Part shown: positions 42,630-53,496 of the stretch, piece by piece | Position numbering within the stretch: the first letter of the stretch is position 1 | How the letters are laid out: every line of letters starts with the position of its first letter | Origin: Candidatus Krumholzibacteriota bacterium | GTDB taxonomy: Bacteria > Krumholzibacteriota > Krumholzibacteriia > JAJRXK01 | Length of the DNA stretch: 64,000 bases | Assembly: GCA_963806035.1 (NCBI GenBank) | Contig: CAWDWO010000032.1 | Location: forward strand, 33,243-97,242 | Direction: 5' to 3' | Program-made: the position numbers and the translations under genes | The notes under the pieces: model-generated | Told to the model about the DNA's origin: nothing | The model's input: only the letters and a program-made list of their open reading frames with translations | Databases searched by the model: none

Positions 42630-42666
42630 GGACGCGCCCGGACGCGCCCGAACTCGCAATCGCTCC

Positions 42667-42719
42667 GCCCGAAGCCCGAAGCCCGAAGCCTGAAGCTCGA
42701 AGCCTGAAGCCCGAAGTCC
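42667..42719. repeat. 7-bp tandem repeat (GAAGCCY) x~7
   Basis: gaagccc gaagccc gaagcct gaagctc gaagcct gaagccc gaagtcc. Confidence 0.85.
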
Positions 42720-43018
42720 CCTGCGATGCGTGCAAAAGCCTGAGGGCGCGTGCGCCTTGCCAGTCCGCGCGCGGTACGCGCTCGGATTTCGTCCCGGCGT
42801 CTCGGGGCGAATTCTCTCCTAAGTGAATTGATGCAAAGAGCTTGAAGCGATGGGCCCGGGTCCTCACCCCCGCGCCGGTCGACTGGTCTCCCGCTTGCAG
42901 GAATAGCCCGATCCGGGCGGCGCTGCTCGCAGCGCGATTCGTCGTAAATCCGCACCATGAGCCCGCCGCCCGGTTCATTCGATTCACGGCCACCTTCTTG
43001 CCCACGCGGAGATCCACC

Positions 43019-44608
43019 ATGCCTCAACTCGACCGATTTCTCTCGGCCATGGCGCAGTACAACGCCGACACCCTGGTCCTTTCGGCGGATTCCCCCGCCT
43101 CCTTTCGCATCAACGGCGCGGACAAAGCGGTCAGCCAACAGGTTCTGCAGGCGGAGCAAATCACCTCGCTGGTGAGCGAGATCGCCGGTCCGGAGCAGAT
43201 CGAATCCTTCCACCGCGACCGCAGCGCCAACTTCCGCTACGAGCTGCAGGGGCGGCGCTTCGAGGGAGTGCTGGAGGAAGAGGCGGGCAAGGTGGTGGCC
43301 CGGTTGTGGGCATCAACGATTTCCAGCGCCGCGGTCGAGCCGGTGTCCCTCGAAGCCCAGCGTGAATCCCGCGCGACAACGCCGGTTTCGGATGGAGGCA
43401 AGCAGAGTTCCGCCGCCACCGTACCGGTCTCCTTCGAACTGGCGCACGCCAGGCCCGCCGATACGAATTCGATAGGGGTCGATTCGAGCCTGGACGCGAT
43501 TCCGCGCAACATCCCGGCGAAGTATCGCGAGGAGATGGACGGACTGCTGCGCGAAATGGTGAAGCTGGGCGCGAGCGACCTGCACCTGAGCTGTCAGTGC
43601 GGCCCCATCCTGCGCGTGGACGGGTGCATTCGCCCCATGGATGGCAACAGGCCGGCCTTCACTCCCGAGCACATGACGCAACTGCTCTTCAGCATCACTC
43701 CGCAGCGCAATCGCGACGAGTACCTGCACGCGTTCGATACGGATTTTGCCTACGCGATCGAGGGGGTCAGTCGCTTCCGGGTGAACCTCTTCTGTGATCG
43801 CGTCGGTCCCGGCGCGGTCCTGCGCGCCATTCCCAACGAAGTGATTTCCGCGGAGAAGCTGGGATTGCCGCCGGTGGTGCAGGAACTGGCGCGCCTGAAC
43901 AAGGGACTGGTGCTGGCGACGGGTCCCACGGGAAGCGGCAAGAGCACGACTCTGGCTTCCATTTTGGACATCGTGAATCGCACGCGCGAGGAACACATCA
44001 TCACCATCGAGGATCCCATCGAGTTCGTACACCAGCACAAGAAGTGTCACGTGAACCAGCGCGAGGTGGGCGTCCACACCGGTTCGTTCAAGAAGGCGCT
44101 GCGCGCGGCATTGCGCGAGGACCCCGACATCGTTCTGGTGGGTGAGATGCGCGATTTGGAGACGGTGGAGATCGCGATCGAGACCGCCGAGACCGGGCAC
44201 CTGGTGTTCGGCACTCTGCACACCACCACCGCGCCGTCCACCGTGGACCGCCTGATCGATCAGTTCCCGGCCGACCGTCAGGCCCAGGTGCGCACCATGC
44301 TGGCCGACAGTCTGCGCGCGGTGATCTCCCAGACCCTGTGCAAGAAGATCGGAGGCGGCCGCGTGGCCGCGCTGGAGATTCTGCTCGGCTTACCGGCGGT
44401 GAGTAACCTCATTCGCGAGGGCAAGACTTTCCAGATCGAGAACTCCATGCAGACCGGGCGCAAGCAGGGGATGCAGACCCTCAACGATCACCTGGTGTCC
44501 TTGGTGAAGGCCAAGCAGGTGGAGCCGATGGAAGCTTACCTGAAGGCGGTCGACAAGTTGGGTCTGGCCAATGCGCTGCAGCGGCAGGGGATCACGCTGG
44601 ATTTGTAG
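43019..44608 (+). CDS. pilT: Type IV pilus retraction ATPase PilT with an extra N-terminal PilT-like domain
   Basis: GASDLHL, GPTGSGKSTT, TIEDPIE, ALREDPD.VLVGEMRD, GHLVFGTLHT and NLIREGK. Confidence 0.92.
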   Translation: MPQLDRFLSAMAQYNADTLVLSADSPASFRINGADKAVSQQVLQAEQITSLVSEIAGPEQIESFHRDRSANFRYELQGRRFEGVLEEEAGKVVARLWASTISSAAVEPVSLEAQRESRATTPVSDGGKQSSAATVPVSFELAHARPADTNSIGVDSSLDAIPRNIPAKYREEMDGLLREMVKLGASDLHLSCQCGPILRVDGCIRPMDGNRPAFTPEHMTQLLFSITPQRNRDEYLHAFDTDFAYAIEGVSRFRVNLFCDRVGPGAVLRAIPNEVISAEKLGLPPVVQELARLNKGLVLATGPTGSGKSTTLASILDIVNRTREEHIITIEDPIEFVHQHKKCHVNQREVGVHTGSFKKALRAALREDPDIVLVGEMRDLETVEIAIETAETGHLVFGTLHTTTAPSTVDRLIDQFPADRQAQVRTMLADSLRAVISQTLCKKIGGGRVAALEILLGLPAVSNLIREGKTFQIENSMQTGRKQGMQTLNDHLVSLVKAKQVEPMEAYLKAVDKLGLANALQRQGITLDL

Positions 44609-44661
44609 AGGCATCCCGGTGCTGGGCGCTGCGCGGTGAATGGCCTACCCTGTAGTCTGTC

Positions 44662-46404
44662 ATGAGCGACCGCAAGAGCATCATCTCCGCCCTGGAAGAA
44701 ATCGCGCTGCTGTTGGAACTCAAGGGCGCGAATCCCTTCAAAGTGCGCGCGTACGAAAACGGCGCACGCGCCATCTCCGACTACGAAGGCGATCTGGCCG
44801 AGGGCCTGAAGAGCGGCGAGTTGGCCGAGATCAAAGGCGTGGGCAAGAGCCTTCTGGCCGAGATCGAGGCGCTGCTGAAAACGGGCGAGAGTCCGGCGCT
44901 TCAGGAGCTGAAGAAGGAAGTGCCCGAGGGCCTTCTGGAGATGATGAAGGTCAAGGGACTGGGCCCCAAGAAAGTTCAGGTCCTGCACGAGAAGCTCGGC
45001 ATCACGAATCTGGGCGAGCTGGAATACGCCTGCAACGAGAACCGCCTGCTCGAACTCCCCGGCTTCGGCGAAAAGACCCAGAAGAGCATTCTGGAGGGAA
45101 TCGACCGGCTGCACCGCTTCAGCGGGCACTATCTCTTGAGCGACGCCTGGGAGCTGGCCGAGAAGATGCGCGAACGCGTGGCCTCCCTGGACAATGTGAA
45201 GCGCTGCGAGATCGCGGGTTCGATCCGGCGCCGCAAGGAGATCGTCAAGGACATCGATCTTTTGGCGGTGGCCGAAGAGGACGATGCGCCGGGCATCATG
45301 GAGGCTTTTTGCGGGCTCGAGGAAGTGAAGAGCGTGGTGGGTACGGGCCCCACCAAGACCTCGGTGCTTTTGCAGGAGGGTCTGCAGGTCGATCTGCGCG
45401 TGGTGAGGGAGGAACAGTTTCCCTTCGCGCTGGTCTACTTCACCGGCTCCAAGCAGCACAACGTGGCGCTGCGGGGCCGGGCCAAACTGAAGCAGCTCAA
45501 ACTCAACGAGTACGGGCTCTTTCCCGCCGACGATTCCGGCCCCAGCGTGCCCTGCGCGAGCGAAGCCGAGGTCTTTCAGGCGCTGGATCTGGCGGAGATT
45601 CCGCCCGAACTGCGCGAGGATCGGGGCGAGGTCGCCGCGGCCGAGAAGGGCCGTCTACCCGAGCTCCTCGAGGAAAGTCAGCTGCGCGGCGCGCTGCACA
45701 ACCATTCGCGCTACAGCGACGGGGCGGCCACGATCGAGGAAATGGCGCTCGGCGCGCGCGAGCTGGGTTGGGAGTACATCGGCATTTCCGACCACAGCCA
45801 GAGCGCGTTCTACGCGCACGGACTCAGCCCCGACGACCTGAGGCGGCAGCACGACGAGATCGACGAACTCAACGAGCGCCTCGAGGACATTCACATCTTC
45901 AAGGGAATCGAGAGCGACATCCTGGTGGATGGTTCGCTGGACTACGACGAGGATCTACTGTCACGTTTTGACTTCGTGGTGGCGAGCGTGCACTCGCGCT
46001 TTGGGTTGGACAGCAAAGAGCAAACGAAGCGCTGCGTGCACGCGGTGCAAAATCCCTTCACCACCATTCTGGGCCATCCCACCGGCAGACTTCTGCTGGC
46101 GCGCGACGGTTTCGAGGTGGACATGGACATCGTGCTGGAGGCGGCGGCGGAGAGTCACTGCGCGGTGGAGCTGAACGCCAACCCGCGGCGGCTCGATCTG
46201 GACTGGCGCCTCTTGCGGCGCGCCGCGGTCAAGGGCATTCAGATCAGCATCGCGCCCGATGCGCACCGGGTGGAGGGCATGGCCGACCTGCGCTTTGGAG
46301 TGGCGATGGCGCGCAAGGGTTGGCTTGGTCCGGGCGAGGTCTTGAACACGCGCAAACTGAAGGACATGCGGGCCTACCTGGCCGCGCGGCGCGCAGAACT
46401 CTGA
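44662..46404 (+). CDS. polX: DNA polymerase/3'-5' exonuclease PolX (PHP domain)
   Basis: NPFKVRAY, GLGPKK, AGSIRR, KDIDL, FTGSK.HN; PHP motifs HNHS.YSDG, DHS, GHPTGR and DAH. Confidence 0.95.
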   Translation: MSDRKSIISALEEIALLLELKGANPFKVRAYENGARAISDYEGDLAEGLKSGELAEIKGVGKSLLAEIEALLKTGESPALQELKKEVPEGLLEMMKVKGLGPKKVQVLHEKLGITNLGELEYACNENRLLELPGFGEKTQKSILEGIDRLHRFSGHYLLSDAWELAEKMRERVASLDNVKRCEIAGSIRRRKEIVKDIDLLAVAEEDDAPGIMEAFCGLEEVKSVVGTGPTKTSVLLQEGLQVDLRVVREEQFPFALVYFTGSKQHNVALRGRAKLKQLKLNEYGLFPADDSGPSVPCASEAEVFQALDLAEIPPELREDRGEVAAAEKGRLPELLEESQLRGALHNHSRYSDGAATIEEMALGARELGWEYIGISDHSQSAFYAHGLSPDDLRRQHDEIDELNERLEDIHIFKGIESDILVDGSLDYDEDLLSRFDFVVASVHSRFGLDSKEQTKRCVHAVQNPFTTILGHPTGRLLLARDGFEVDMDIVLEAAAESHCAVELNANPRRLDLDWRLLRRAAVKGIQISIAPDAHRVEGMADLRFGVAMARKGWLGPGEVLNTRKLKDMRAYLAARRAEL

Positions 46405-46423
46405 GAAGGCGCCGGGCCGGGTT

Positions 46424-47239
46424 CTAACTGGGCCTCTTGCTGGCCGCCCCGTTGGTCGCGCTGCCCGCCGCGCCCGCCGCGCTGCTGGGCGCTTTACCTG
46501 GCGATTCGAAGCGGAAGATGAGGCGCTTCCCCTCCAGCCGCACGATGGCCGTCACGGGAAAGACCATATCCTTGCTCTTGAAATAGGCCCAGTAGGGCCT
46601 TTTCTCCCCCGGCTTCACCACCAGGATCTGGGGCGCCACCGCGTTGAAGCGCCGCACCTTGATGGGGCTGGTCAGCATGTCCAGCTCGGTGGAGTCATCC
46701 TCCAGGGAGGAGCGAGTGTCGGGATTGGCGGGTGACACCTGGCTCCCCGCCGGCTTGTTCGTCGTGCCCGCGCTCTGTCCCTCCTGTCCGTACTTGCGCG
46801 GCATCTCCTGCGGTTGGTCGAAGTAGGTGTACTCGTCCCCCTGCTTGACCAGACTGCGCAGGCCGTAGTTCTGCCCGTCGGACCAATCATCCAGCGAGGC
46901 AAGACGGTTTCCCATGTAATCGAAGATGTAGACGTCGGCGCGATTCAAACGCAGCTCTTGTGAAGAGTGGTTCGCGACGATCATGTCGAGGGTGACGTTG
47001 TCACCCCGGCGAAACACGCTGGCCGCTACCGTGAATTCCTCATTACCCGCGAGCAGTGCACCGGGAAGATCCTGCACCAGCGCTTCGAATTTTTCGGTGT
47101 GAAGTTCGGATGCTCGGACGGAATAGTCCGAGTCGATGCCGTGCAGATAAAAAACATCGCCCGGCGGTCCCTGCGGGGAAGTCGACGCACATGCGGCGAG
47201 CAGAGGCACAACCAATAGGGTGGGGTAAAGGCGTGCCAT
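46424..47239 (-). CDS. Hypothetical lipoprotein
   Basis: MARLYPTLLVVPLLAAC lipobox with a GAGG RBS; no recognised domain. Confidence 0.7.
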   Translation of the reverse strand: MARLYPTLLVVPLLAACASTSPQGPPGDVFYLHGIDSDYSVRASELHTEKFEALVQDLPGALLAGNEEFTVAASVFRRGDNVTLDMIVANHSSQELRLNRADVYIFDYMGNRLASLDDWSDGQNYGLRSLVKQGDEYTYFDQPQEMPRKYGQEGQSAGTTNKPAGSQVSPANPDTRSSLEDDSTELDMLTSPIKVRRFNAVAPQILVVKPGEKRPYWAYFKSKDMVFPVTAIVRLEGKRLIFRFESPGKAPSSAAGAAGSATNGAASKRPS

Positions 47240-47497
47240 GACTGCCTCCTCTCGTTGTCCGAGGGTCGGCAAGAGACCCTCGGCCTCTTGACTCTAGAGT
47301 AAACCGTCGCGAGCCGCGTGCCAAGTGACTTCGCTTGAGGGTCTTGCCTGCCGCGCCGCTCCCCCGGCTTACTCTGAGAACTACGGAGCGCGCCAGGGGA
47401 AGGGTTCCCACTTGTTCCCGCTGTGAGCTGGCGGTACATTGAGCGAACCACGCGAATTTCTTCTCCATGGGGGGATTTCCCCGGTTCTCTGTCATCG

Positions 47498-48114
47498 ATG
47501 ATCAACTCATCCCACAGCCAGAGAAGAAAAACCGAAAACGATCGCGCCGCGCCGATTCGTCTCTATTTCCTGTTCATTCTGCTGCTGGCCCTCTTGTGGC
47601 TGGCCTTCTCGGGCAAGTTCGACCTGCTGCACTTGAGCTACGGTGTGCTCTCCATCGCACTGGTTTTTTGCTCTCCCGCCACCTACTCACCGGTCGGGGA
47701 ACTCCGGTTTCCCATGCGATGTTTCAGGGTCTGCACATGGGCCGCGCGCTGAGTTATCCCTTCTGGCTCGTGTGGCAAATTCTTTTGGCGAACATCCAGG
47801 TGGCCTGGATCGTCATCAACCCGAAGATGAAGATCGACCCGGTCCTGGTTCGTTTTCGTTGCGGAATGCAAGGCGATCTGGCCAAAGTAGTTCTGGGAAA
47901 CAGCATCACCCTCACTCCGGGGACCTTTACCCTGCGCATTCGCGGGGACGAGTTCCTGGTGCACGCCATCCGTCCTGACCTGGCGGCGGGACTCATCGAC
48001 GGTTCGATGCAGAGGAAGGTGGCGGCGGTGTTCGGCGAAGAGATTCTGAGCTCGGATGCAATGCAGTTGGACGTGCTGCGGGACATGGACGCCTTCGTCG
48101 AGGAGGGCCTGTGA
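47498..48114 (+). CDS. mrpE: Na+/H+ antiporter subunit E; frameshift in the T6 run at 47664-47669
   Basis: LWLAFSG..D..HL in one frame; WQILLANIQVA and NSITLTPGT.T in the other. Confidence 0.85.
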
Positions 48115-48380
48115 GCTTCTTGCAGTGGATCACCATCCTGGTGGCGATCTCCCTGGCGTTGCCCTTCTGGCGCGTGGCGCGCGGCTTCACGATCTACGAT
48201 CGCATGGTGGGGATCTCGGTGGTGGGCACCAACACGGTGATTCTGATCTGTCTGGTGGGGCAGATCTACGGACGCATCGACATGTTCGTGGACATCGCCA
48301 TTGCGTACGCGATGCTCAATTTCAGCGGCGGCTTGGTGATGGCGAAGTACCTGGACACCACGGGGGGTGAGCCGCGGTGA
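48111..48380 (+). CDS. mrpF: Na+/H+ antiporter subunit F
   Basis: RVARG.TIYDRMV and DIAIAYA.LNF.G...AKYL. Confidence 0.88.
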   Translation: MSFLQWITILVAISLALPFWRVARGFTIYDRMVGISVVGTNTVILICLVGQIYGRIDMFVDIAIAYAMLNFSGGLVMAKYLDTTGGEPR

Positions 48381-48703
48381 TTTACCTGGCCAAGGCTCTC
48401 ATGGTGATCGGGACGGCACTGCTCTTCGTCGCGGCGATCGGGGTGAACCGTCTCCCCGATTTTTACACGCGCGCGCACGCCGCGACCAAGCCCGACACCC
48501 TGGGTTTGATTTCGCTCATGCTGGGGCTTTCCATCTATCACGGATTCGATTTGAGCAGCGTGAAGATGCTGTTGATCGTGGTGTTCGTGGCGCTGGCCAA
48601 TCCGGCCGCGACGCATGCGCTGGGCAAGGCGGCCATCCACAACGGGCTCTTGCCGGTGACGCTGAAGCAAGTGCGGGCTGAGGACGAGGGGAAGCAGTCA
48701 TGA
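48377..48703 (+). CDS. mrpG: Na+/H+ antiporter subunit G
   Basis: RLPDFYTRAHAATK.DTLG and NPAATHALGKAA. Confidence 0.92.
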   Translation: MIYLAKALMVIGTALLFVAAIGVNRLPDFYTRAHAATKPDTLGLISLMLGLSIYHGFDLSSVKMLLIVVFVALANPAATHALGKAAIHNGLLPVTLKQVRAEDEGKQS

Positions 48704-48740
48704 GGGTCATGGAGCCAGCGACGCGCGGGGGGGCTGGGCG

Positions 48741-48986
48741 ATGAGCGGCAACTTCAGTGCGATCTTTTTCGCGCTGGCGCTCGTGGCCGCGCTGGTGGCC
48801 CTGCGCGTGCGCGACCTGTTGGCCGCGGCGGCGGTGCTGAGTCTGTTCTCCTTTCTGATTGCACTGCTCTACATTTCGTTGGGAGCAGTGGATGTGGGAT
48901 TCAACGAGTCGGTTCTGGGCGCGGGAGTAACGGGGATCCTGTTCATCGTGGCCATATTCAACACGCGACGACGTTCGCGGGATTGA
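48741..48986 (+). CDS. DUF4040 Mrp/Mbh small subunit (MrpA C-terminal piece)
   Basis: RDLL.A, GA.DVG..E..LGAG.TG; three TMs. Confidence 0.8.
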   Translation: MSGNFSAIFFALALVAALVALRVRDLLAAAAVLSLFSFLIALLYISLGAVDVGFNESVLGAGVTGILFIVAIFNTRRRSRD

Positions 48987-48995
48987 GGCGGGTTC

Positions 48996-49292
48996 GTGGC
49001 GAGGTACCTGGGCGTGTTGGTGATTTTGTGTGTGGGAGCGGTGCTCGTCTACGGTGGATTCGGTCTTCCCGCCTTCGGCGATGCGAACGCTCCGGCCGCC
49101 ACCCACGTGTCGGATCACTACATCGAACACGGTTATCACGACACGCACACGCCGAACCTCGTCACGGTGATGATCGCCGACTACCGTTCCTTCGATACCC
49201 TGGGCGAGACCATCGTGGTGTTCACGGCGGGCCTGGCGTGTTTCCTCTTGTTGCGGGCGGAGCGAAGGCGCAGAGAGGACGACAGCGAGTGA
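48996..49292 (+). CDS. MrpB-related/MbhE-like small subunit
   Basis: PNLVT..IADYRSFDTLGET motif. Confidence 0.85.
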   Translation: MARYLGVLVILCVGAVLVYGGFGLPAFGDANAPAATHVSDHYIEHGYHDTHTPNLVTVMIADYRSFDTLGETIVVFTAGLACFLLLRAERRRREDDSE

Positions 49293-49861
49293 TTCATCCC
49301 AAGGACAGCGTCATCGTCGAGGTCGTGACGCGCTTCATGGTGCCGTTCATCCAGATCTTCGCCTTCTACGTCATCTTCCACGGGCACTATTCGCCGGGAG
49401 GGGGCTTCCAGGGGGGCGCCCTGCTCGCGGGCAGTGTGCTTCTGCAGCGGGTGGTGTTCGGAAAGCAGGGTTCGCAGTCGGGTTTCGCCACGCGCTTTGG
49501 CATTCCCTTCGGGGTGATGGGCGTTTTGCTCTACGCGGGGACGGGATTTTTGGCGCAGGTGGGCGGGGGCAACTTTCTGCAGTACGACCACCTGCCCTTC
49601 GGTCTTTCGCCGGTGTACCTGCGCAACGTGGGGATTTTGTTGGTAGAGATCGGGGTGGCCTTCGCGGTGATGGGAACCCTGGTGTCGATCTACGACGACC
49701 TGGTGGGATTGCAGACGCGGGACCCGGATGAGCGCATGCACTCGGCGGGTCCAGTGGTGGGGGAGCCGGTGCACTTTTCCGATCCCTTGAGCGAGGTGCG
49801 TTCGGGGGCGGTGCGGGCGCGGCGTCTGGCCGAGAAGAAAGAGGGCCGCGATGCTGATTGA
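49289..49861 (+). CDS. mrpB: Na+/H+ antiporter subunit B
   Basis: HGHYSPGGGFQGG and EIGV..V; about 50-aa hydrophilic C-terminal extension. Confidence 0.9.
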   Translation: MIHPKDSVIVEVVTRFMVPFIQIFAFYVIFHGHYSPGGGFQGGALLAGSVLLQRVVFGKQGSQSGFATRFGIPFGVMGVLLYAGTGFLAQVGGGNFLQYDHLPFGLSPVYLRNVGILLVEIGVAFAVMGTLVSIYDDLVGLQTRDPDERMHSAGPVVGEPVHFSDPLSEVRSGAVRARRLAEKKEGRDAD

Positions 49862-50225
49862 TAAGTGGCCCTACTTCGCGACGGTGCTGATGCTGCTCAT
49901 CGGTCTGTACGGAATGGTGGTCAAGCGCAACCTGGTGAAGAAGCTCATCGGGATGAACATCTTCCAGAGCGCGATCATACTTTTCTTCATCGTCTATGCG
50001 TGGAAGGACAAGGCCACGGTGCCGGTGTACGACGCCAGCCTGGGGGATGTGCCCGCGCACTACATCAATCCCATTCCTCACGGTTTGATGCTGACCGCGA
50101 TCGTGGTCTCGGTGGCGACCACGGGGGTCGCGTTGGCGTTGCTCTCCTTGATCTACAAGCGTTTCGGAACTCTCGAGGAAGACGAACTTCTCAGGGAGTT
50201 GCGGACGGATCGAGAGCGGGGCTGA
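49851..50225 (+). CDS. mrpC: Na+/H+ antiporter subunit C
   Basis: NLVKKLIG and NPIPH.L.LTAIVV.VAT. Confidence 0.92.
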   Translation: MLIDKWPYFATVLMLLIGLYGMVVKRNLVKKLIGMNIFQSAIILFFIVYAWKDKATVPVYDASLGDVPAHYINPIPHGLMLTAIVVSVATTGVALALLSLIYKRFGTLEEDELLRELRTDRERG

Positions 50226-50226
50226 G

Positions 50227-51903
50227 GTGGTGGGCCACTTTTTGGCGAAGATGACCGCGTTGGCGGTGCAGAGTGGGGCGCAGGGCGCGGTGCACGGCGC
50301 AGCGCAAGGCGCAGTTCACGGCGCAGCGCAAGGTGCAGTTCACGGCGCAGCGCAAGGTGCAGTTCACGGCGCGGCGCTGCAGACTCCCGACGCGAGCAAT
50401 CTGCCCATCCTGATCGTGCTGCCGCTCATCGCCGGGGTCATTCTGGTGCCCGGCCTGGGCTTGCTGCGGCGGCGCCTGGCGCACGCGACGGTGGTGGCCG
50501 TGGTGTTGGCGCTCTTGACGGCCAGTCTGGCCGCGCTGCGGCAGGTGCTCAGCGCGGGTTCCTTGCACTACAAGTTGGCGGGCTGGACGCCGCCCATCGG
50601 GATCGAATTCGTGTTGGATCCTCTGAGCGCCTTCGTGGTGCTGGTGATCGCGGTGGTGGCGCTGATGGTGACCATCTACGCGGGGAGTTCGGTGCGGCGT
50701 CAGAATCCCGAACGCGAAGTGCCGTTTTTCGCCATGATGGTGCTGCTGCTTCTGGGTCTGTGCGGCATGGTGATGACGGGCGACCTCTTCAACCTCTACG
50801 TGTTCTTCGAAATCTCCAGTCTCAGCGCGTACGCCCTGATGGCGATCGGGGATCGCAAGGCGCCGGTGTCCTCGTTTCGTTATCTGCTGCAGGGAACCAT
50901 CGGAGCGTCTTTCTATTTGCTGGGCGTGGGCTATCTCTACGTTCTCACCGGAAGCTTGAACATGGCCGACGTGGCGCAGCTGTTGCCGCAGCTTACGTCG
51001 AACCCCGCACTGACGGTGGCGCTGGTGTTCATGGTGGCCGGGTTGAGTTTGAAGGCGGCGTTGTTCCCGATGCACCTGTGGCTGCCCGACGCCTACACCT
51101 ACGCCTCGGCGACATCGACTTCGATCATCGCGCCCTTGATGACGAAGGTGTCGGCTTACGTGCTCATCCGCATGATCTATTTCGTGTACGGGAGCGAGTG
51201 GGCGCTGTCGCATCTGCAACTGGGGACGGTCATCGCGTGGCTCTCGATGCTGGGAGTGATCTGGGGTTCGGTCATGGCGATCGCGCAGCGGGATCCCAAG
51301 CGCATGCTGGCCTATTCGTCGATCGCGCAGGTGGGATACATCGGGGTGGGAATCGGTACGGGCAACGCCCTGGCGATGGTGGGGGCCATTTTGCACATCA
51401 TGAATCACGCGGCGATGAAGTCCTCGTTGTTCATGACCTGCGGGATCGTGGAGATGCAGACGGGACGGCACAGCCTGGACGGGTGGACCGGACTGGGGCG
51501 CAAGATGCCGTGGACTTTCGTGGGCTTCGCGTTCGCGGCGATCGCCATGGTGGGACTGCCGCCGACCAATGGATTCTTTTCGAAGTGGTATCTGGCCCTG
51601 GGACTGGCGCGGGCGCATGCGTGGGTGCTCTTGGTGCTGCTCATTCTGTCGGGTCTGTTGACGGCGGGGTATTTCTTCCGGGTGTTGGAGCGGATCTATG
51701 CACGGGTGCCGGATGAGGAGGGTGCGGTTGGCTCGAGCGGCGCGGCCGTGACTCTTCGCGATCCTGGCTTGGCCCTGGTGCTGCCGCCTTTGGCTTTGGG
51801 AGTGGGCACTCTGGTCTTGGGTCTGGTGAATGCGTGGTTCGTGAGCGCGGTCATTCTGAAGGCGCTGCCGGTGGCTTTGCAGGCGCAGGGACTGGGGTGG
51901 TGA
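50227..51903 (+). CDS. mrpD: Na+/H+ antiporter subunit D family (copy 1)
   Basis: GW.PPIGIE, DLFNLYVFFEI, K.ALFP.H.WLPDAY, KRMLAYSS and GLPP..GF.SK. Confidence 0.9.
   Translation: MVGHFLAKMTALAVQSGAQGAVHGAAQGAVHGAAQGAVHGAAQGAVHGAALQTPDASNLPILIVLPLIAGVILVPGLGLLRRRLAHATVVAVVLALLTASLAALRQVLSAGSLHYKLAGWTPPIGIEFVLDPLSAFVVLVIAVVALMVTIYAGSSVRRQNPEREVPFFAMMVLLLLGLCGMVMTGDLFNLYVFFEISSLSAYALMAIGDRKAPVSSFRYLLQGTIGASFYLLGVGYLYVLTGSLNMADVAQLLPQLTSNPALTVALVFMVAGLSLKAALFPMHLWLPDAYTYASATSTSIIAPLMTKVSAYVLIRMIYFVYGSEWALSHLQLGTVIAWLSMLGVIWGSVMAIAQRDPKRMLAYSSIAQVGYIGVGIGTGNALAMVGAILHIMNHAAMKSSLFMTCGIVEMQTGRHSLDGWTGLGRKMPWTFVGFAFAAIAMVGLPPTNGFFSKWYLALGLARAHAWVLLVLLILSGLLTAGYFFRVLERIYARVPDEEGAVGSSGAAVTLRDPGLALVLPPLALGVGTLVLGLVNAWFVSAVILKALPVALQAQGLGW
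50275..50376. repeat. 24-bp tandem repeat encoding (GAVHGAAQ)x4 in the MrpD N-terminus
   Basis: ggcgcagttcacggcgcagcgcaa-type units. Confidence 0.85.
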
Positions 51904-51910
51904 GGGCCTG

Positions 51911-53435
51911 ATGCACGAGCTGCAGTACTTCACTTCCACCCGGCCGCTGTGGGCGCTTCTGGTTTCGCTTTTGGCGATTCCCTTGATTTTGTTGGCCGGG
52001 GAGAAGCGGCGCAATCTGCGCGAGGGATGGACTCTGCTCGCGGCTCTGTTGAAGGCTGGGTTGGTGTGGTCGATGTTGCCCTGGGTGTTGTCGGGGAGAG
52101 TCGCGCAGTTTTCGCTGTGGCGCATTGCGCCGGGAGTGGAATTGGCGCTGCGGGTGGACACCCTGGGTTTCGTGTTCGCGGTGGTGGCATCGACCCTGTG
52201 GCTTCTGACTTCGATGTACAGCATCGGCTACGTGCGCGGGGCGCACGAGCACAAGCAGACGCGCTACTTCGCATCCTTTGCGCTGTGTCTGCACGCGACG
52301 ATCGGGATCGCGTTCGCGGCGAATTTGCTCACCTTCGTGATTTTCTTCGAGATGCTGAGCCTGGCGACCTATCCGCTGGTGATTCACAAGGAGACGCCCA
52401 AGGCGATCGATGCGGCGCGTAAGTATCTGGCTTTCGTACTGCCGGCCGGGCTGATGCTGGTGCTGGCCACGGTGTTGACGGCGACGATTCATCCGCTGGG
52501 AAGCGGAGGCTTCGGCGCGCTGGACTTCCGCGCGGGCGGCTTTCTCTCCTCGAGCGACGCCTCGCGGCGCATGCTGCAGTTGATCTTCTTGTTGTTCATG
52601 CTGGGAGTGGGAGTGAAAGCGGCGCTGATGCCGCTGCAGTCGTGGTTGCCGGCCGCGATGGCCGCGCCCACGCCGGTGAGCGCACTGCTGCACGCGGTGG
52701 CGGTGGTCAAGGCGGGCGTGTTCGGGGTGCTCAGGATCGTGGGTTTCGTGTACGGGCCCACGCTGCTGCGCGAGATCGGGGTGTGGCACATGCTCGCCTG
52801 GGTGGCGGGAATCACCCTGACCGTGGCGTCGCTGTTGGCTTTGCGACAAGACAACTTGAAGCGGCGGCTGGCCTACTCGACGGTGGGACATTTGAGCTAC
52901 ATCGTGTTGGGCGCGGCGATTTTGACGCCCAGCGGGATGGCGGGCTCGGTGATGCACCTCATGTTCCACGCCACGATGAAGATCACGCTGTTCTTCTGCG
53001 CGGGGGCGATCTACGTGCGTACCCACAAGGAGAACATCTCGGAGATGGTGGGGATCGGCCGGCAGATGCCGGTGACGATGATCGCTTTCGGAATTGCTTC
53101 CTTGGGTTTGGCGGGAGTGCCCGGAGTGAACGGCTTCGTGTCGAAGTGGACCCTGGCGGTGGGAACGGTGGATGCGCGGCAGTGGTGGTTCTTGGGCTTG
53201 CTTGGTGCTGTCGGGGGTGCTGAACGCGGCCTACTTCTTTCCCATCGTGCACCAGGCTTTCTTTAGGGAGAACGCGGAGTACTCCAGTTACGGAGAGGCG
53301 AGTTGGTGGATGGTGGGGCCCTTGGCGGTGACGGCGTTGATGTCGCTGGTGCTGGGGCTGATGCCGAACCTGGGCGCGCATGCGGTGGACTTGGCGCGCG
53401 GGGTGGCGGCGATGGTGTGGGGAGGTGGGTCGTGA
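51911..53435 (+). CDS. Na+/H+ antiporter subunit D family (copy 2); frameshift near 53202
   Basis: NLREGW, KAALMPL..WLP.AMAAPTPVSALLHAVAVVKAG and LKRRLAYST; continues as VLSGVLNAAYFFP in frame 53172. Confidence 0.88.
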
Positions 53436-53496
53436 AGAATGCAGCGCATGGTGCCACGAAGGATGCGGCGCATGACGCCGACGAGCACGGGTCCCG

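Noticed and set aside
47240..47497. Na+/Li+ or c-di-AMP riboswitch upstream of mrp
   Set aside because: Only an imperfect inverted repeat (ggcaag..accctc / gagggtcttgcc) was seen, and I could not match a known consensus. An Rfam scan would be needed.
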